Positions 57,247 to 64,000 of a stretch of DNA of 64,000 nt are shown here, piece by piece (positions within the stretch are counted from its first letter, which is position 1; every line of letters starts with the position of its first letter). Source of the DNA: the human T2T-CHM13v2.0 reference genome, Homo sapiens. The stretch lies in assembly GCF_009914755.1 (NCBI RefSeq), contig NC_060927.1; one strand, 5' to 3'. The notes below the pieces were generated by a model. That model saw only the letters and a program-made list of their open reading frames with translations. It was not told the origin of the DNA and made no database searches. Both the position numbers and the translations under genes were made by a program.

Positions 57247-59326
57247 AAAAGAGAAGAAAGGGAGGAAGAGGAGAAGGGAGGGAGGGAGAAAGAAAGAGAA
57301 AGAGAAAGAAAGGTAGATAAAATAAATATGTTTTATTAACACAGAGAAAGCACAACTTACTTTTCCACAGATACTATATGATGTTTTCTTCTTCTCAAAT
57401 CCTCCTTCCCTCCTCACTACATTATCACATTAAAATATTTTACAAGTGTAGAAGTAAATGTAAATACAAAAATTGAAATGTTTTTGGAAGGGCTGGCTCA
57501 AAAGTCTTGACAAATATTAGGAATGGAGTTTCCACACATACTTTGTTGAAAAGTGAGAAAAGCCTGCCATTTTGTTAAGATTAATTTGTATGCCCAGCAC
57601 AGAAAATCAGTGTTTCTTGCAATAATATCACCACTACTAACTTGTGTTTTGGTCAAAGTAAGCTTTTAAGAATATGTTTTATGTTTTGCTCAATTATTGT
57701 ATACTTGTCTGCTCAGCCAGTGAAAGTATATGTGGGTGGTTTGGGTAAAAATAGCTCTTCAAAGTTAAGTTGATCTGGTTCTTATACTACTCAACCATGT
57801 GCTTCAGTAACTTTTCACTTAAATGGACAGCATGTAATATTCAGACATCTCAGTACAGTAGTAACTTGTATTCTCCACTTTTGGGTGATTTTTTTCGAAG
57901 TCTTTTTGATTAATATGCCTATCATATGACTATAAGAGCAACATCTGCCCATTTTTTATTGTACATAGTTTAGCTACTTAATACTAAAGAGTTTATAGTG
58001 CCTAACCACACTGGAGAATGGAAACAGAATTTTAATGGATGTCAAACAAGAAAAGCAGTATATACCTAGAGAAAAATGCTTTACATTTCAGTTGAGTAAT
58101 GATAGTACCATTTACATAACTGTAAGCCAACTCATTCTTCTTGGCTAGAAGGCAGTTTTTAATAGTGTATGTCACAGGGACACAAAACTAAATTTTTCAT
58201 GTGCTCTCACAGAGGAGTCTTATATTCCTGAAGTAATAATTAATAAAGTATAAAGTTTACGCAGCAGAATTTTGTCATATGGATTTTATTTTCTCCTTCG
58301 TTTAATCACAGCTTTTCTTATTGCTCTTTATGGCTCACTCCTAACTTTGGAAACCACAAAATCACACTTAGGCAGAAGCACAGGAACAATAGTTCTGGAA
58401 AATGTAGGCCAATGTTGCTGAGAACTCTTGCCAGAAACTAATTTTAGTTAAAGGGATCAAACTATTTTCAAACCATTCACTTTCCACCTTTTCCTACCAA
58501 TCCTGGAGCTCTACAGATGAAAGTGTCTCATAGAGTTTGGAATTCATCCCTGTGACAAGCTTGAAGAGAATTCTTTAAACTTTCTTTTATCATTTCATAC
58601 CAAACTCAACAGTTATGCTAGGTCAGGGGTTGATGACCTTTGGCATGCACACCAAAAATGAACTGATATGAGGGACATCTTGGGTACATTCCTCCTTTCT
58701 AACAAACACTCCTTTCCTTTCGCTATGCACCCTTCTTATCCCCAGGAGAGCTCCACACCCTCAAAACCCTCACCCAGTTTCTCTTTCTCTATTAGTTTGG
58801 TTTCCAGTACTAAAGTGTTATGTGATAGAAAAAATGAGTAAATTAAGGGCAACCACTTTCAAATATGCTTGCATTTCAAAGGAGACACTGGGAGCTAGAA
58901 GAGCCTTAAGGCAGCTTTAAGGCTGGAAAGAGAGCAGGGGCTGCTATTGTTAGACCCAGGCAGCTAGGCTCTCTACTTTGTAGGACTGCCCCCTGCATTG
59001 CAGCCAAGATAATAAGTAGATGGTTACAAATAGCTTCCTTAGGTCCAAACTCCATTTTAAAAACAAATTTATTCTATTTGTAGTTTCAAAAAAATAATCT
59101 TACAGGCATCTAAGATCCTTATTATGTCAATCACTCCTGAGTCATCCTATTTTTCATTTTTACCAATTTTAATTTCTGTTACGATTTCTTATGATTTCTT
59201 TTCATAGTCACCTTTCCTAATTCTATAACCAGCATCACTGCTTTTTTTCTGAATTGTCCCCAAGATATCTTTTTTCTCTTAAATTTTGCAATCGATAACC
59301 AGATAAATTCCTACAGTAATATCTAA

Positions 59327-59640
<314 letters not shown>

Positions 59641-61666
59641 ACCAGATTTCTACAGATAATACTGTTGATTTTTACTGTTTTAAATTCATCTTATTAATTT
59701 CAAGCATAAATCTGTGGATAAATATGGGACTACTCCTTTATATGTCCGTGTTTAGACAGATTCATAATGAATTTGGGGAAATAAAAATAGATGAAGATAC
59801 TGCTATCTCTTGTTTAATTTGCAGCCCCAGGGTGAGCATTAGACCCCTTAAACTTATTCACAATTATATATAGTATATTTTATTTTATGTTTAGATAATC
59901 TAAATTACTTTTAAGTTGTACCATCCACTGTATGTTTCTTGAAATTGCTCACACTTTTCCTGATTATTTTTCCAAGTCATTTATATTTCTTGAATTTTAA
60001 TCAAAATTTTCAAGAGATAAACAACACCTCCTTCCGGGATCTATCCTTAAGTTGAATAAATAGAACCCGTGTTTCATCATCCAAGTCATGGATAAAATGA
60101 ATAAAAGCATTTGGCCTTGGTACTGTCTGTAATGGAACACATCCAAGCAGTCCTTAACTGGTGTCCCAGAATGTATGAATAAGAAATAATATTTCTCTAA
60201 TGCTTGACCACAGCCACCACAGTCTGGGAAATGAACACTGAATTTCCAACCCATTTGCCCAACTTGGACATCTCACATTATTGAGGCAGAGTTAGGTAGG
60301 CAGAATACAGACGAATGTCCCTGGCAATGCTACAATGAGACAGGCAGTTTTCTGCGGGGGTGGAGTGACATGAGGTGGGGAGGATAAATTCCTGAAAGGC
60401 CTGTTAAGCATAACCTGGATTCAGAATAGTCAGTGCATTATCCCATGCCATATTTGAAAAACTATTCAACATTAATTTGTAGAAATTGTGTACCTATGTG
60501 TATGATGGTAAGTTATGACAAATATCAGCACAGATTGAAAGACAGTGAGGGAGAGAACTTGAGATTCAGTCAGATAATTTACTCTCAGCCCAAATAAATG
60601 CTTTTTTTTTTTTTTTTTTTCAGAGAGGAACCACAAATAGCTCAGTGTGGTTAAGGATGAGCTGGGGCCAGAACCCATGTTTATTAAGTCATAGACCCAC
60701 GTTCTTTCCAGCACACTGTCACCCTCACATAGCATTCCTAATAATTACCTATCAGTCTAGCAGATTCTTTCACTGTATAATCACTATAGTTTCACTATAG
60801 TTGAAATGTCTCTGAATTGGATCTCTTTTTAATGAGTTAACTGCTTTTGCGATGATCTGATAAAAGTTTTATTAAAATTAACAAACAATTTATATTGACT
60901 CCATTACTCAAATTTTATAACCTTTCTTTAATATTCATTTATTTTTATCTGACTTTTCTCAGTTTTTTTTAAAATAAGGTAAAGAAAGCAAAAGAAGGTA
61001 ACTTTCATACATGCCCAAGTCAGATTATTATAATTTTTCAGTTGTTTTTATTAAAATGGCCTAAAACATTTTCCAAAATGCAGTTAAAAGGCAGAATTCT
61101 AGCTTTGTCAAATATGCCATTTCCATTAAGAGAGAAAAAAAGGTATCCAAAGGTCTTTCTTTATAGTTTTTCCTTCTACTTTAAAAGCTATTTTTTCCCA
61201 AATCAGGTATGTATTTTATGGTATGTTTATAGATGTAAACCCTCAAATATTGTGTATGTTTCTGACAGGGAAATTTTCAGAATTTAATAGATGTCAAGGA
61301 TACCCTAATTTTCTGCTAATAATTTTCATGGCTGCTAATTGGAGGAATTCTCCACAGACTAACTTCTGGCTCCCGTTTCTTTACCACAAGCCATGAACTT
61401 CCTGCACTGGGCACCACAGGTATGTTCATATCAAAACACAATCTCTGGCCCTGTACTTTTATGTCCTTGCACTGGGTAAGTCAGCACAGCGAGCAGTTGA
61501 AATATTTATAGAAGCCTTGCCTAAATGTGTATGGCTAACAATAACTTAGCTATACATAGAAGTGACTGCAAACCTCATAAATATATCCCACTAAGCCAAA
61601 GTAAAAGAATCTCCAACTCAGCTTCCATTAGCTAGATCTCAAATATGTCCACAGCTTTTCCATTAG

Positions 61667-61950
61667 AATGGTGTGTGGTAAATGGTTCTCCAGGACAAAA
61701 TGTATGAGTATGTATATGTATACATTTATTGTGTATATTGTATACATGTATATATAAACACAAATTATTATAGATTTTACTGATCTAAAGGATGTGCAGC
61801 ACACAATTTAAAAAATAAAATATGCAATACTGTATTATAAATTCCACATAACCAATTGATTGTCACAGAATGCTTTCCTTGATTTTTGCTGCACTTTTGT
61901 ATTGGTGGCCAACCTATGGTTTCAATTCAACCATGATCTGACAAATGCAG
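61667..61950. mobile_element. MER63-family hAT-Blackjack fragment
   Basis: ttttactgatctaaaggatgtgcagcacacaattt...ccaattgattgtcacagaatgctttc...gccaacctatggtttcaattcaaccatgatctgacaaatg. Confidence 0.75.
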
Positions 61951-62137
61951 CTACATCCCTTTTATTATAAAAGAAGAAAAAAAGTAAAGACAAAAGCAAA
62001 AAAACAAAAACTAAGTTTTAGCCAAAAAAGAATGAAAACCATTGATTTTTTAATTCTCTTATCCTTCCTCCCATTTCCAGGCCTTGAAGTAGTCCCTGTT
62101 GACACTTTCCAGGAATGTTTAACAGAAACACCCTAAC

Positions 62138-62310
62138 GTGATGGTTAAGACTCCCGCTGCTTAGGTTCCATTTCTGGCTCTGTTACCTACTGTCTGTGCT
62201 CTCAGGCAAGTTACTCTACCTCTCAGTTTCTTTGTATGAAATTAAGGGCAATAATAGCACCTGTGTCATAGGGTTTGTGTGAGAATTAATTTATTTAATA
62301 TATAAATTGT
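62138..62310 (+). mobile_element. MIR
   Basis: gtgatggttaaga...ggctctgttacctact...ggcaagttact...cctctcagtttctt...ataatagcacc. Confidence 0.8.
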
Positions 62311-62334
62311 GGTATTTAATTAACAGTTAATCAG

Positions 62335-62471
62335 GACAAAAATAATTAATAAATACATCTTAGCATTTAGTACATGGAAGAGAAAGGGAGACATACAGAT
62401 GATGACTAAAAAATTATTAATATGTCATAGCATTTAGTACATGGAAGAGAAAGGAAGATATACAAAGATGA
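62335..62471 (+). repeat. Tandem duplication, period about 67 bp
   Basis: TAGCATTTAGTACATGGAAGAGAAAGG (27 nt) is identical at 62361 and 62428, with weaker similarity on both sides. Confidence 0.9.
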
Positions 62472-63428
62472 AAAAAGACAAACTTTACACATAAATACAT
62501 TTATAATTTTAAAAGGAAAAAGTAGCAAACTGACATGGATTTTGGAAATATGCTTCTGGTTTAATACATGATATTATTTGAGGTTATCACCCCACTTAGC
62601 TTTCATTCATTGATTCATATATTTATACATTTAGCTAGTGTTTATTTAGCAGATATAGATATAAGATACTGCATCATGGATATACTTTAAGATGAATAAT
62701 TGTATTCTTTTCTCAAAGAGCTTATTTTGTAGTAGTCAATATTATACATCTACACACAAACACATACACACACACACCAACGCAATAAAGAAAGGTGACA
62801 TCTGTTTTGCATATGAATAGATCAGCAAAGAGAGAGAGAGATAGCTTCTAGCCAGTATGGTCTAGAAAAGGATTTACAGAGGTAGAGGATTTGGCCTGAT
62901 TCATTGACGTAGGAAAAACAAAATGATGACTTAAAGGCTAAATTTGTTATGAGGTTAAAACACACCCAGTATTTTAAGGATTTTTTTGGTATTATTTCCC
63001 AATATTTAAACATTGAAGTTTTTAATAAATGTCTGTATTTTCTGTATTTTGGATTTCCTTTTAAAAATTGGAAGATCTGGAAACAACCTTCTTTTCACAC
63101 TGCCACAATTGTTGGAGGCAAGTAATGATTGCCCCTCTAAAATGGCATACACTCTCTGCACTGCTGTGGCAGCAGTAGCAACATATTCAAACTTGTGAGC
63201 TGGATTCCAAACCTATAGCCACTGAAGAATCAGTGATGCACACAAATTAAAGACTTCAGTTCCAGGGTTACACAGTGCTTGCTGCATAGTGCCCACCAAA
63301 TCAGTCACTCTTTTACCTGTTTGGTTCTTTCTTGAGAAATAGAAATGTACCCAACAGTGACACCTTACATAACTGAACTTACTAAACCTCTCCACATGTT
63401 GATCAGTCATATTTTGCATTGTTTAAAG

Positions 63429-63920
63429 CCGTGGTCCCTAACCTTTTTGGCACCAGGGAACAGTTTTGTGGAAGACAATTTTTCCACAGACCTGGAGTGG
63501 GGGAGAGGGTTTTAGGATGAATCAACCACATTACATGTATTGTGCACTTTATTTCTATTATCACATTGTAATAAGAAATGAAATAATTATACAACTCACC
63601 ATAATGTAGAATCAGTGGGAGCCCTGAGCTTGTTTTCCTGCAACTAGGCAGTCCATCTGGGGGTGATGGGAGACAGTGACAGATCTTCAGGCATTAGATT
63701 CTCAAAAGCAGCATGCAACCTAGATCCCTCACATGGACAGTTCACAGTGGGGTTCATGCTCCTATGAGAATCTAATGCTATCACTGATCTGACAGGATGT
63801 GGAGCACAGGCAGTAATAATGCAAGCCATGGGGAGCAGCTGTAAATACAGATGAAGCTTTGTTTGCCCACCTCATGCTCCGTGGCCTAGTTCCTAACCAA
63901 TCTGTGGTTGGGGGCCCCTG
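63429..63920 (-). mobile_element. MER1A hAT-Charlie element, complete
   Basis: Terminal inverted repeats ccgtggtccctaacc and ggttgggggcccctg, an 8-bp TSD G(T/C)TTAAAG at 63421-63428 and 63921-63928, and the MER1A-specific middle segment. Confidence 0.95.
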
Positions 63921-64000
63921 GCTTAAAGGGTACTGGCCATACCTTTCCAGTGTCTGTACTATATGGAGGAGAGTTCAAATCCACAGTAGCAAGGCCACCT

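Noticed and set aside
63692-63778. Inverted repeat GCATTAGATTCTC...GAGAATCTAATGC
   Set aside because: It is a built-in feature of the MER1 consensus and not specific to this locus.

Overview
This is AT-rich primate genomic DNA (AluY is present, so human or another catarrhine). It is intronic or intergenic, and I can support no cellular protein-coding exon, RNA gene or CpG island. Every ORF-track entry with a recognisable protein is a decayed LINE-1 fragment; the rest are Alu read-throughs or chance ORFs. The largest elements are a 5'-complete L1PA6-like copy on the minus strand (1-5198, running off the window start) and a full-length but internally deleted L1PB2-like copy on the plus strand (about 39588-45123). 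There are also about 13 Alu/FLAM copies, MIRs, L2 and old L1M/HAL1 relics, two MaLR solo LTRs, several hAT MER elements and microsatellites. The unique DNA includes a transposon-poor block of about 9 kb and several motif-dense stretches that look like developmental enhancers; this is inference, as conservation could not be checked. The most unusual direct observations are local templated-copy scars: (1) a 129-bp L1 insertion followed by an inverted copy of its own empty target site, giving an 80-bp-arm hairpin; (2) a 61-bp patchwork insertion inside an AluJ, giving a perfect 25-bp stem; and (3) a young 120-bp local duplicate ending in an A-run. I did not find convincing evidence of a new multi-gene system. 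Subfamily calls come from recalled consensus sequences, not a database search, and the boundaries of old repeats are approximate.
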